A stretch of DNA of 63,894 nucleotides, filler included, from Octopus bimaculoides (GCF_001194135.2; 6 parts of 6 records of this genome joined end to end with filler, not necessarily neighbours in it), one strand, 5' to 3'; numbered from the whole stretch's first letter, positions 12,473 through 24,191 are shown. The notes: generated by a model not told the origin, from the letters alone. Numbers and translations are program-made.

Positions 12473-12739
12473 ATATTATGTCTGTGACTGTTCGTTCGTG
12501 TGTGCATACTGGTGCATCTGTCTATATGTACCTGTATCTGTGTGTAAGTGTGCTAGCCTCTTACTTCTTGACAGCATTTTTCTGTACTTCTGTTTTGACT
12601 TGACGGTTCGACAGAAGGGACAAATTTTACCAAATTGGAATAGTAAATGTGATAGTGGATATGTTCGACTGGCCACTAAAGACGTTGATGTAGTGCCACA
12701 ACATTTGTGCCTCTATTTGACCAAGACAAATGCACACAC

Positions 12740-12839
12740 NNNNNNNNNNNNNNNNNNNNNNNNNNNNNNNNNNNNNNNNNNNNTTAATTAATTAANNNNN
12801 NNNNNNNNNNNNNNNNNNNNNNNNNNNNNNNNNNNNNNN
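12740..12839. other. Artificial scaffold-joining spacer N44-TTAATTAATTAA-N44
   Basis: Palindromic 12-mer (12784-12795) with stops in all six frames, flanked by exactly 44 N on each side; identical structure at five places. Confidence 0.95.
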
Positions 12840-13005
12840 GGTGGATGGGAAATCAATCCAATCTGGCCTTCACCTTCAACTTTGGTATTACTGTTAAACA
12901 TTCGCCAGAAATACATCTCAGACTTATTTCAAACATTGATACATGAACAGAGATTTTAAGGGTGTATAGAATCAATGAAACGCTGTCCAAATATTTCGCT
13001 GGCTT

Positions 13006-13225
13006 AAGGCGACGAGCTGGCAGAATTGTTAGGAGGCTGGACGAAATACTTTGCAAGTATTTCGTCTGTCTTTACGTTCTGAGTTCAAATTCCGCTGAGG
13101 TCGACTTTGCCTTTCTTCCTTTCGGGGTCGATGAATTAAGTACCAGTTGCGTACTGGAGTCGATCTAATCGACTGGGCCCTTACCCCCAAAATGTCAGGC
13201 CTTGTGCCTAGAGTAGAAAAGAATT
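13006..13225 (+). mobile_element. SINE family A, full length
   Basis: Collinear with the 12256 and 35804 copies; followed by a second head fragment (13226-13263). Confidence 0.9.
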
Positions 13226-13324
13226 GCTAGCACGCCAGACAAAAGGCTTAGCAGCATTTCGTACGAATTGTACAAAAGCCAAAAGATAGAGACATCTGGG
13301 CGAACAATGAACACAGTGTATTAC

Positions 13325-13380
13325 TCTTTGACGCTCAACAAATATGCAAGATCCATTGACGTTTCGAGCTTACGCTCTTC
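13325..13380 (-). repeat. Penelope-type terminal repeat fragment with the 3' half of a minimal hammerhead
   Basis: Minus strand GA-A-GAGC-GTAA-GCTC-GAAAC-GT-C; homologous to 15257-15390 and 26887-27010. Confidence 0.6.
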
Positions 13381-13684
13381 ACGCATATATATAACACACA
13401 CACATATATGTCCTTCTATCTATCTATCTGTCTGTATATATATATTTATATAAAGATAAATTAAATATCGTTATATTTAATTATAAAGATGTTACTGGAT
13501 TGTCAATTGAATATCTCTCTATTTAATTTATCTTTATAATTGCATTATTCTAATATTTATATGGTATCCAACTGACGTATCATTCAATTGGATGTTTAAC
13601 ACACCCATTTGGAGGATTTCTTTACCTCAGTTTGTTACTTTATATATTTATATATTTATATAATATATAAAATTCTGTTTTTTA

Positions 13685-14060
13685 GTTCTCATTGTGCTTT
13701 GTGGTACTTGAGGAGACAGCAAGATCGTTCCACCTTCTAACACTGAAAGCATCCTTGACAGCTTGTTCCATTGTTAACCTTCTGCATTTAAGATTTTTTT
13801 GTTATTGTTCTCCGCCATGTTTCCTTTGGTCGGCAACGTCTTCTTTTAACAACAAACTCGACACAGCCATTTCCTTCTCCTTGCTTCAATACTTTCTCTT
13901 ATTGTTTTCACGTTAACCTTGTTGTTGGCTAGTCTAGATCATATTCAGCCAGTAAACCTTTAAAATTTTTCGTATAGACTAGAACACAACTCATTTTTCA
14001 CTTCAAGGGTAATAACTTAACTTCTTCTTTTAATCGAAAGACATCTGTTGTTATTCCTGT
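13685..14060 (-). mobile_element. RTE-clade LINE 3' end relic
   Basis: TIRESIEARRRKWL...KRRRCRPKETWRRTITK...RRWNDLAVSSSTTKHNEN*, typical of the RTE ORF C-terminus (RWxGH, RxxGRPxxTW). Confidence 0.75.
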
Positions 14061-14181
14061 TGTTTGCATTTGTAATCGTGTAACATTTTCTCCGTTTTCT
14101 GTTTTCTTTTAGCCATGTCGCACATATTCGTCCGCGTTCTTCCAGAAAGTTAATGCCCTTAGCTTAGATTTTTAGGGCCTA

Positions 14182-14233
14182 CCAATTTTGAACAGTCTCA
14201 AGTGTAACAGACCGAAACTGTAGTGATAACTGG
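14182..14233 (+). ncRNA. Degenerate hammerhead-like motif
   Basis: TTGAACA-GTCT-caagtgtaac-AGAC-C-GAAAC-TGTA-GT-G with flanking ccaatt/aactgg pairing. Core and cleavage triplet are mutated. Confidence 0.35.
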
Positions 14234-15256
14234 AAGCTTGACTGATGAATAGAAAGCCACGAATGTTCCGTCCTGGTTTTCATGTCCGTCCTTGTATCGT
14301 CCATCTGTCCGTGTGTTTTTATTGTCATCCGTTACGTTATTGCTCTGTGTTTTATTTTGGTATTTATATATACATATAGCGGCGTACGTACACCTTTTGC
14401 TCAGCGTATATATATACGTGTATGTGTGCGTGCGTGTGTGCAAATGGGCGAGCGTGCGCATGTGTGAACGTGGACGTGATTAATGTATTCATAGGATGAT
14501 ACGACATACAGAATAGAAAAGAGAAAATAGAAGGCGCTACTTGTAAATTATATATATTGATGATTGTGACTGCGTTGCAGAGCAAATATTATTTATTTAT
14601 TTATTTGTTTCTCTCTTTGTTTCTTTCTCTCATACATCTATGCTGACGTAGTTTCTTCACTGAGATTTTTTTAAAAAATGTTTAGCAGGAACTGTGACAT
14701 TTCCGATACATTATCAACACAAAGGAGACATTTATTTATTTAGTTACTTTTAATATGTAGCGACAATCGAGATGAGTTGTTAAAAAGATAATATTTCGGA
14801 TCCTTAAGCCATCTTTAGGAATAAATATTTTTTTATTTAATGGAGACGGCGGCGGCGGCGGCGGTGGTATTTGGCAATATTTATGTTTACGAGTTATATT
14901 CATTGGTTTTAAATACTGATTGTTACACTGTGTAATGATACTTGTATAAAATCTCTGATATTAATGGTTGTTAGTATGATTAACATAATCCAGAGATTCA
15001 ACTCCGTCGTTGGAGGCGATAAGTTTTCATTCCATATTAATGCACTACATTTTAATTTCCGATTATTATTTGGTGTAATAACTTTACTTAAAGCATCATC
15101 GCGTGTTATTATTCCGGTATGGAATGATCAGGTGTAATAATCCTGATTAAGATGTTCCCTGGTGTAATTATTCCTATATAGAATGATCAGTGTAATAGCT
15201 TGTACACATATATAGTGAGAATTTACAAAAAACAAACAAAAAAAAACAAAACAAAA

Positions 15257-15390
15257 GACGAAGACGGGTGTGTAAACAACAAGTAGATGTATTAGTTTAA
15301 CGCTCGGGAAGCGAGAAAGTCTTTTACGTTTCGAGCCTACGCTCTTCGGCAGAAAGGAATGTGCAGAAATAAACAGGGAGGGAAAATAAA
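15257..15390 (-). repeat. Penelope-type terminal repeat carrying a minimal hammerhead fold (15321-15356)
   Basis: CTTT-CTGCCGA-A-GAGC-GTAG-GCTC-GAAAC-GT-A-AAAG: stem I, stem II and the palindromic ACGT stem III are present; core A6>C. Confidence 0.65.
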
Positions 15391-15831
15391 TATATATATA
15401 TATATATATGATACTTGCAAGGGGTTGTATGCTGTAACACGATATTGAAACCGCATACACGTAGTTGCATAGCAACCTCTAAAACAACTCGATTGCAACG
15501 CAACACCACCAGCTGACTGCCTACATTTTCATCAGTTGCTTCTTACAAGATTATATTTCTGAATTAAGATATAAAAATTTTGCCAAACGATAATAGATTC
15601 CTCTGTCATTAACTTCAATCTTTCGTTGTCTTTGAATTGACGCTACCTTTTAATTCTTTCTAACTCCTCCAGTTTAATTAACGACAAATTCTCTCTGAAC
15701 TTGCATGGAACAAGCAGATGAAAATGAGAGTTCTATTGACTATTTGTCAAAATAAAATTTATCTCCCCACCGCTAACCACCGCCTTTCTTGAATTTTCTT
15801 CAAAAGCAGACAAGGTTGTGCAACAGATGCC

Positions 15832-15986
15832 GCAGGCATAGCTTCTTGGCTAAGAAGTTCGCTCTGCTACTACTAAATGGTTTCGGTTTCAGTCCCACTG
15901 CCCGGCACCTTGTCTTCTATGGTCCCCAGGCATCGTATGCTTTGTGAGAGAATGTGGTGGACGGAAACTGTATGGAAGTCCGTCGT
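15832..15986 (+). mobile_element. SINE family B head, running into (TA)n and an assembly gap
   Basis: ggtttcagtcccactg...gtcttcta...gacggaaactgtatggaagtccgtcgtatata; matches the 33275 copy. Confidence 0.8.
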
Positions 15987-16607
15987 ATATATATATATAT
16001 ATATNNNNNNNNNNNNNNNNNNNNNNNNNNNNNNNNNNNNNNNNNNNNNNNNNNNNNNNNNNNNNNNNNNNNNNNNNNNNNNNNNNNNNNNNNNNNNNNN
16101 NNNNNNNNNNNNNNNNNNNNNNNNNNNNNNNNNNNNNNNNNNNNNNNNNNNNNNNNNNNNNNNNNNNNNNNNNNNNNNNNNNNNNNNNNNNNNNNNNNNN
16201 NNNNNNNNNNNNNNNNNNNNNNNNNNNNNNNNNNNNNNNNNNNNNNNNNNNNNNNNNNNNNNNNNNNNNNNNNNNNNNNNNNNNNNNNNNNNNNNNNNNN
16301 NNNNNNNNNNNNNNNNNNNNNNNNNNNNNNNNNNNNNNNNNNNNNNNNNNNNNNNNNNNNNNNNNNNNNNNNNNNNNNNNNNNNNNNNNNNNNNNNNNNN
16401 NNNNNNNNNNNNNNNNNNNNNNNNNNNNNNNNNNNNNNNNNNNNNNNNNNNNNNNNNNNNNNNNNNNNNNNNNNNNNNNNNNNNNNNNNNNNNNNNNNNN
16501 NNNNNNNNNNNNNNNNNNNNNNNNNNNNNNNNNNNNNNNNNNNNNNNNNNNNNNNNNNNNNNNNNNNAATCACCTTATTTTGGAATTGTATGGATAATAC
16601 CATACTT

Positions 16608-16720
16608 AATGTTCGGAGTTCAAATTCCGCCGAGGTCAACTTTGTCTTTCTTCTTTTCGGGATCGATAAAATAAGTACCAGTTGAGCAGTGGAGGTCGAT
16701 GTCATCGACTTACCACCTCC
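16608..16720 (+). mobile_element. SINE family A, 5'-truncated
   Basis: gagttcaaattccgccgaggtcaactttgtctttc...gataaaataagtaccagttgagcag. Confidence 0.85.
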
Positions 16721-17204
16721 CGCGATGTTGCTGCGATTTGAACTCAGAATGTAAAGAGCGAGAAGAAACGTGCTAACGACTGCTTGTTGTGCCTCGTTTG
16801 AGCAATAATGGTTTCGAATTTTGAAAGAAGGCCAATAATTTTAAGAGGAAGCAAAGTTGACTACATAGATCTCAATACAAACTGTTCAGTCAGAAAGCTA
16901 AGCCTGCACCTGCCGAACAATGTTGTCTACTTTTAAAGAAAATTAAATGTGAAATGCAATTAATTATACCCTGAAGAGGTGGTAATTAATGACAAAACGC
17001 ACACCAAGATGCAAAAGTCTGCAGTGTGCACTGACTTGCAGGAGAGACATACAGGGTGGCCCAAAAGTATTTTTACAGTTATTCAACTATCTCTTTCGCA
17101 TTCATATATTAACAGTTTGGATCTTAATTATAAAAAAAATATGAAACTGTGATTTTCGTCATCATTTTTCGCTTTTTAGTTGACGAGTTATTTAGGATAG
17201 GAGA

Positions 17205-17453
17205 AAGACCGAGTCACATAGACTCACAGGACTGGTTTCCTGGTTTCTGTGGCATATAAATATGCACCTTCGCCCGCAATGGATGGGGTGCCGTTCCGTC
17301 GCAGAATTATTCATTTTTGCCAGCTGAGTGACTGGACCAACGTGAAATTAAGCACTTTGTTCAAGAACACAACGCATCACCCGGCTGAAGAATCGAAACT
17401 ACTATCTTACGATCATGAGTCGAAAACCACTAACCACTTAGTCACATGCCTCC
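17205..17453 (-). mobile_element. tRNA-derived CORE-type SINE
   Basis: Minus strand: tRNA-like head ggaggcatgtgactaagtggttagtgg..., then tgtgttcttgaacaaagtgcttaatttcacgttggtccagtcactcagctgg (CORE-like). Confidence 0.7.
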
Positions 17454-17943
17454 ACGACCAATCATTTAATCTTAACCATAATAACCCGGATGATGGGAAC
17501 GCGGCTATTTTCTTTTGTATTCGTTAATGAATGTGTATGTGTTTATATCTGTCTATGCGAGAATGTATGTGTTTCGATATGAAAACGTATGAATGCATGC
17601 ATGTATGTATGTATGTATGTATGTATGTATGTATGTATGTATGTATGTATGTATGTATGTGTATGTGTGTTTGTGTGTTTGTGTGTTTGCTGGTGGTGTT
17701 GGTGGTGGGGGTTGGGTGTTGTGCAAGTGTGTCAGACTTGCCTTTTATAGCCACATTCTTCAGCATTGTTCCCAGAATCAAAGAACCGTATCAAAGGAAA
17801 GAGATAAGAAGGAAAAAAAAGTCTGTTGAACAAAAAAATGCTCGTGGCATTTATTTTGTTTCCTTGCGTATGACTGCCATTAACGGCTTCCAGACACCCA
17901 CGGATGCATACACAGACACACGGCACACATTCGCACTCTAATT

Positions 17944-17977
<34 letters not shown>

Positions 17978-18723
17978 AAGAAACTGCACCGGTATTAGAG
18001 TATGGTTGCGATTGAAAAAGTGACTAATCGATGCAGTAGGAACATGTGCAGGTCTATTTGATGCTTTATATATATATATATACATACATATATNNNNNNN
18101 NNNNNNNNNNNNNNNNNNNNNNNNNNNNNNNNNNNNNNNNNNNNNNNNNNNNNNNNNNNNNNNNNNNNNNNNNNNNNNNNNNNNNNNNNNNNNNNNNNNN
18201 NNNNNNNNNNNNNNNNNNNNNNNNNNNNNNNNNNNNNNNNNNNNNNNNNNNNNNNNNNNNNNNNNNNNNNNNNNNNNNNNNNNNNNNNNNNNNNNNNNNN
18301 NNNNNNNNNNNNNNNNNNNNNNNNNNNNNNNNNNNNNNNNNNNNNNNNNNNNNNNNNNNNNNNNNNNNNNNNNNNNNNNNNNNNNNNNNNNNNNNNNNNN
18401 NNNNNNNNNNNNNNNNNNNNNNNNNNNNNNNNNNNNNNNNNNNNNNNNNNNNNNNNNNNNNNNNNNNNNNNNNNNNNNNNNNNNNNNNNNNNNNNNNNNN
18501 NNNNNNNNNNNNNNNNNNNNNNNNNNNNNNNNNNNNNNNNNNNNNNNNNNNNNNNNNNNNNNNNNNNNNNNNNNNNNNNNNNNNNNNNNNNNNNNNNNNN
18601 NNNNNNNNNNNNNNNATATATGTATGTATGTTTATGTATATGTACATATATATATTCATTTTTTTATTGAATTTTCTTCACGGATCAATACATTATATAT
18701 ATATATGTATGTGTGTGTGTGTG

Positions 18724-19237
18724 TATAAATTGTCGTCTAAATAACGCAAAAATGAAAATAACACTGACATCTCATTTTAACAGATATATTTATCAAAATA
18801 ACATAAAAATATCTTGAAATACTAAAGAGTAAATTTATTTAATAAAATCGCCAATGACTTCAATGTAGGCCTCCGTGTCGAGTCTGAGACGGTGCTGGAA
18901 GATGACTGGAGGCATAACGTCGCCATCATTAGTGATCACTCCAAACACCATGATGTTGACTGGATGTTTGATTTTTTATCACTCTCAGTACATGTCCTCA
19001 GATTGACACCCAAACGCTCTGCGATGTTCGTGTTGGAGCTTCCGGCGCGAATGCCAAGCAGTACAGCATGTCGTTTCCAAATTTCTGGCCGAGTGATTTG
19101 CGTCGGGGTGCTGTTCTTCTCACAGACGGTGCTCAACTGACCCTACTATACTGTGTAGTCGACAAAATTAAAAACAAACAATGCGCATGCGCGAAATTAA
19201 AAATAGAGAATGGAGACAATATATCTATCGCATCCTG
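18724..19237 (-). mobile_element. Internally deleted Tc1/mariner-superfamily element (maT/DD37D-like)
   Basis: TA-flanked terminus caggatgcgatagatatattgtc at 19237 and a partial opposite TIR at 18724. HTH remnant KRHAVLLGIRAGSSNTNIAERLGVNLRT is joined directly to KHPVNIMVFGVITNDGDVMPP...LDTEAYIEV. Confidence 0.75.
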
Positions 19238-20190
19238 TATATTTATATATAGAGAGATATGGATTTATACACATATACATAGATGAACACATACACACAC
19301 ACACACACACACATGCGTAGATACATACATGCATTAGTTTCTTTTCTTGGTTCTTGGTTTTACAAACCTCCTGCTATCTCCATTCAATCTATGTTAAATT
19401 TCCTCAAGCAACAGTATTACTGTACAAAATATTTATAGATTCTGTAATCTACTATGTTTCGTTTCGAAGATTTGGTTTCTATTTCTGTTTGACCGAGTAA
19501 CAATTTCAAGGCTCCCTCATCGTGCAGTAGTCGATATCTCAATTATATTATTCTTTGGAGAAGTTTTCGGTAAGAGTTATTTTCCACGATAAAGACTGGA
19601 TAACGCATCAACTGGCAACAGCATCCACCCTGCATCTAATCCTGTTTTCTTTCCTCCGCGCGAAACTTATTTCCCTATAGTATTGTCATGTTTTTTCTCG
19701 TTTTATTTTACTTTCTTCCTAAATAACTGTTTTATGTTATCGAAATGTATTGATGTTTTCAATTTCTTTCTCTAGTCACGTGTCTTAATCTTACTTCTTT
19801 CTTCAATCCTTGCTTCTCTTTCTATCTCAGTCACCGAGATTTCACTATTTTTTTTACGAGATAATGTGGCTCAGTTGTCTAGCTATATCAACTGTTTAAC
19901 GACCGTATCCAAAGTTGTGTTGAGACCATTAACGCAGCGGCTCTATCTAAAGGCTTCAAAACTCCGAATCTTTCGTTAATTTTGTCTTTTACAGTTTCTT
20001 ACTGTTTCTGCCCATTCCTTAAATGAATGATTCCTTACACAAACAACTGTATTTTCTCGTAAATTGCGTTTCGTTAATACATATATATAATTGCGTGTGG
20101 GGAGAGTTATTCTCTTTTAGTACCTTATTATTTAACACACTCACCGGTTCGACATATATGTATATATTAATAATAATAATAATAATATGA

Positions 20191-20391
20191 CAACAAAAGA
20201 ATGAATGAGACCTCAATATTATGTAAATAAAGGAATTTATCTATAGATATATAATATAGGACAATCAGTTAGTTGTTATAATAATACTCAGAGTTTCAGA
20301 TGCCGGGGTTCAAAAACATCTTCATCAGTTATTAAAACAACTTTTAGCCCCGGCTTCCGAAACTGGGTATTATTATTAAAACTAACTGATT
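20191..20391 (-). mobile_element. Hammerhead-bearing short repeat (Penelope-terminus or retrozyme-like) with an inverted partial duplication
   Basis: Contains the intact hammerhead at 20279-20334; arms 20263-20308 and 20348-20391 are inverted homologues. Confidence 0.65.
20279..20334 (-). ncRNA. Minimal type I hammerhead ribozyme
   Basis: 5'-UAAUAA CUGAUGA AGAUG(14-nt loop)CAUCU GAAA CUCUGAG UA^ UUAUUA-3'. All conserved core nucleotides present, 6-bp stem I, 5-bp stem II, near-palindromic stem III, GUA cleavage triplet. Confidence 0.8.
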
Positions 20392-20413
20392 ATGCTATAT
20401 ATATAGCATAATC

Positions 20414-20462
20414 CCTTGTGAGGGAATAATTTGGTTGGCCGAAACTGTGTGGAGACCCGTCG
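20414..20462 (+). mobile_element. SINE family B head fragment preceding (TA)n and a gap
   Basis: ccttgtgag...ttggttggccgaaactgtgtggagacccgtcg resembles family B gccttgtgagtggatttggtagacggaaactg...cccgtcg. Confidence 0.6.
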
Positions 20463-20467
20463 ATATA

Positions 20468-20516
<49 letters not shown>

Positions 20517-21147
20517 NNNNNNNNNNNNNNNNNNNNNNNNNNNNNNNNNNNNNNNNNNNNNNNNNNNNNNNNNNNNNNNNNNNNNNNNNNNNNNNNNNNN
20601 NNNNNNNNNNNNNNNNNNNNNNNNNNNNNNNNNNNNNNNNNNNNNNNNNNNNNNNNNNNNNNNNNNNNNNNNNNNNNNNNNNNNNNNNNNNNNNNNNNNN
20701 NNNNNNNNNNNNNNNNNNNNNNNNNNNNNNNNNNNNNNNNNNNNNNNNNNNNNNNNNNNNNNNNNNNNNNNNNNNNNNNNNNNNNNNNNNNNNNNNNNNN
20801 NNNNNNNNNNNNNNNNNNNNNNNNNNNNNNNNNNNNNNNNNNNNNNNNNNNNNNNNNNNNNNNNNNNNNNNNNNNNNNNNNNNNNNNNNNNNNNNNNNNN
20901 NNNNNNNNNNNNNNNNATAACAGTGTGAAACAGTATTGTTTCATTTATTTGATGGACAGTTTTATTCGGTTCCTCTGTTGTAACAAAATATCAATAAATA
21001 ATGTTTTGTTTGTGCCACTGAAAATCGAAACCTTTGAGGAATGTTTTCTGTTTTTCATATAACATCATTTATTTATTTATTTATTCAACAGAAGCATAGA
21101 AACAAATTAGTAACATTTAAGTTATTTCTCTTTTTTTTATATCGTTT

Positions 21148-21558
21148 ATCCTTTACTTGTTTCTGTCACTGGAGTTTGGCCAAGCTAGGGCACCACGGTT
21201 TGATCGAATAACTCGACCCCCTCCCTGTAGGTATGTATGGTATTCGTTCTATCGGACATTTTTGTCGAATTGTTAATTTACGAGGGCGGAAATAAATGAA
21301 CCTCAGTCGTCAAACAGTGAGGGTAACGAATACAGCCATACAGACACATACACACACATATACATTCACACATACATACACACGCATGTATGTGAGACGA
21401 TTTCTTATAGTTTCCGTCTACCAAATTCACCTACAAAGTGTTGGTCTACCCGGTGATATAGTTGAAGATACTTGTGCAAAGTACCGAACAGTGGAACTGA
21501 ACCCGATACCATGTGGCTACAATGCGAGCTCCTTAACCACACAGCCATGCCTGCGCCT
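21148..21558 (-). mobile_element. SINE family B, full length with internal (CA/TA) microsatellite
   Basis: Head (aggcgcaggcatggctgtgtggttaagg...gggttcagttccactg), internal simple repeat at about 21345-21395, and tail (...acaagtaaag). Confidence 0.8.
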
Positions 21559-21592
21559 AAGTAGTCGTAGGAAGAAAGCCATAATAAATCGG

Positions 21593-21811
21593 TTTCTAAT
21601 TTTAGCACAAGGCCAGTAACATCGAGGGCGGGTGGGGGCGTAATTCGATTACATCGACCACAGTGTTTAACAAATTCTCATTTTGTCGACCCCGAAAGGA
21701 TAAAAGACAACGTCGACTTCGGCGGAATTTGAACTCAGAACGTGTAGACGGACGAAATACCGCTAAGCATTTTGCCCGATACGCTAACGATTCTGCCAGC
21801 TAATCGCATTA
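21593..21811 (-). mobile_element. SINE family A, full length
   Basis: gtcgaccccgaaaggat...gtcgacttcggcggaatttgaactcagaacg...ccgctaagcattttgcccg...ttctgccagc. Confidence 0.9.
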
Positions 21812-22778
21812 ATATGATGCAATATATTGCAATGTAAAGTCTTCGGGTTTTGTTATATTTCGGAAAGAAAGACTATTAACACATTCACCGTTTGTTGTTT
21901 GTCAATATTTCTCTCCTTTTCCCTCAAATGAAAACAATCCCCCCAAAAACCGGACGTGAAACGTTGTCTATCGATGGCGTTAGAAATGTCAATGTAAGTA
22001 TGTTTTGATTGACTTAGGGAATTATGGCGTTTCTAAGACTATGTGTTTCATTTATATAATTTAATCCATTGTATGTTCTTGTGCGTTTTGAAACATATCC
22101 TTGTGTATTAGGGTGTCTATTGAAACCGCATGAAGGCGGTTCATTTGCGAATTTATCTGAAAAGAAAATAGAAATGAAAATTCATGTTTTGCTTTGCCGG
22201 GTCTTTTCAAGTGAGGTAATTTAAAGAAAGCAATGTAATTCATTGAATAACTGCATTATTCTTTTATTTTAGACAAAGACTTGGAGAATGTAGTAGAACA
22301 GCGTTCTATAGGGAATTCTGATGGTTCTATTGATTAACGCACGAAATGCTTGTAAAGAGAGAAGAGGAAAATGTGTCGTATTTTAAGTGGATTACATGTT
22401 GCTGTTCTTCATGTGGCGATATGACATTTCAGGCGGTAGTTACGCATGTGAGGGCTCAAGCAAATCAAATATATATGTTTATTTAATGTTCTGCTTTGTG
22501 TTTTCCGGATTGATGCACCTAGTCTGAAAAGGTTATCAGAAGCATTTGATTGTGTTTAAATTGATGCTTTATCTAACGGCCAACATTCAATATTTTGGGG
22601 ATATATTGGTGCATGATTTCTTTTTATAATATAAAATCTACGTCGTTTGTGTTGCGGCCATCCTCTGCAATATTGGAATGTTAGAAATGCATAATTGTGT
22701 TGAAAAAAATCTGCTCTTAAATTGATTGGCAATCATTCTTATACAACCAATGCCAGTTTGTCTAATGTTAGATGTGAA

Positions 22779-22872
22779 GTGGTTAGGCTGATCGTCTCAT
22801 GATCTGTGGGGTTGATTCTTTGACTGGCTGATGCGTTGTGTCTTCGAGCAAGGCATTTCATTTTACGGTGTA
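22779..22872 (+). mobile_element. CORE-type SINE head fragment
   Basis: gtggttagg...gcgttgtgtcttcgagcaaggcatttcattttacg. Confidence 0.5.
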
Positions 22873-22886
22873 CCTTATACAACACG

Positions 22887-22959
<73 letters not shown>

Positions 22960-24191
22960 TAATATCGAACTGTGAGAACGAGTGCTCAAATGGATAAGCT
23001 TTCTTTTTATTTGTGGGTTAACAAGGTAACCTACGGTTTCAAGCAAGAGAGCTCTCTCAACAATTATAAAGCATATACGTAAGTATTTATATATGTGTAT
23101 ATATGTAAATATATATATATATATATTACATACAAAAACACACACACACATACATAAGCACACATAAGTATATATACATGCAAGACAAAAAGGATATATA
23201 AAAAAATAAAGTACACCACTTCAGTTGACTGCTGGAAAAAGGCTTCGATAAAAAAAAAACCTACATAAAACACCAACAACACATTTAATCCTATAAATAT
23301 TAATGCTCCCAAATGTAGCATCAATCCTTAATATAGATCTTAGAGAAGAGATTTTCGCACTAACAAGAGACCCTGCGTAGTTGTTAAGGAGCACTGAATA
23401 AAACTACAGCGAAATTGAGCAACGTTACCAAAACTCTAATAGGAAGAAACAGTAAAACAAAAACATAAATAGAATTAACAATAATTCTAAAACAAAATGC
23501 GAAAAAGCTTCTAAAAGTAGAAATTTGAAGTAACAGTCCTGTAGTTATAAAATGATTAATAGAAATTCCATAGAAAAAACCCATTCATCAAATAAGTTTA
23601 ATATAATTGACAGCTACGTATCTTTCACTCAGCAGCTATTATTAAAGGCTCTACACTTCGCAATATTACATATATTCAACCGGCATATGTAACGACATGT
23701 AAATTATAATGCGTGTCAGAGAAGAAAAAATCGATCTTCTTAATGACAAAATATAAATCTAAAAACGTAACACATATCTTTGATGGAAAGGAATTTAAAA
23801 TATAATTGGCCTATGTCTTAAATTGACTGCAAAATATATTCCACATCATTAAGAGAGAAATCTGTAGAGATGATGGTTCATTAACATCTAAAATCATTAA
23901 CGGATTATAAGCAAATAAGTTCATTTGAGACGTAACAAAACAATTCAATCCAAAGATCAGGATGTAAAAATTACAGTAAGAAACAAGGTATAGCAAGTTT
24001 GTTAGCCGAAACCTTCAGCCTTAACGGTAAAAATATTCCACCTCCAATTTGGACCGGTCAGCTTCAACTCAAGACGTGTTATTAAAAATATACTCATCTT
24101 TTAAGCAAATAAATTTCCTGCAAAATCTTACAACGAAGCATCAAGATTTATTAAGAATCAATGGGATCTGGTGGCTTCAGTGAAAGTATTA

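Noticed and set aside
12853-13056. GPCR-like peptide (ISGECLTVIPKLKVK)
   Set aside because: Only a loose resemblance to the ERCxxxxPLKVK motif, no hydrophobic helices, and the ORF start lies in a SINE.
20414-20462. Second, plus-strand hammerhead (CTTGTGA-GG…CC-GAAAC)
   Set aside because: Better explained as a SINE family B head fragment; the core is not CUGANGA and there is no stem III/UH.
22270-22720. Penelope RT-thumb relic on the minus strand
   Set aside because: One weak motif (NPENTKQNI, resembling HPKHTKxNI); insufficient without a profile search.
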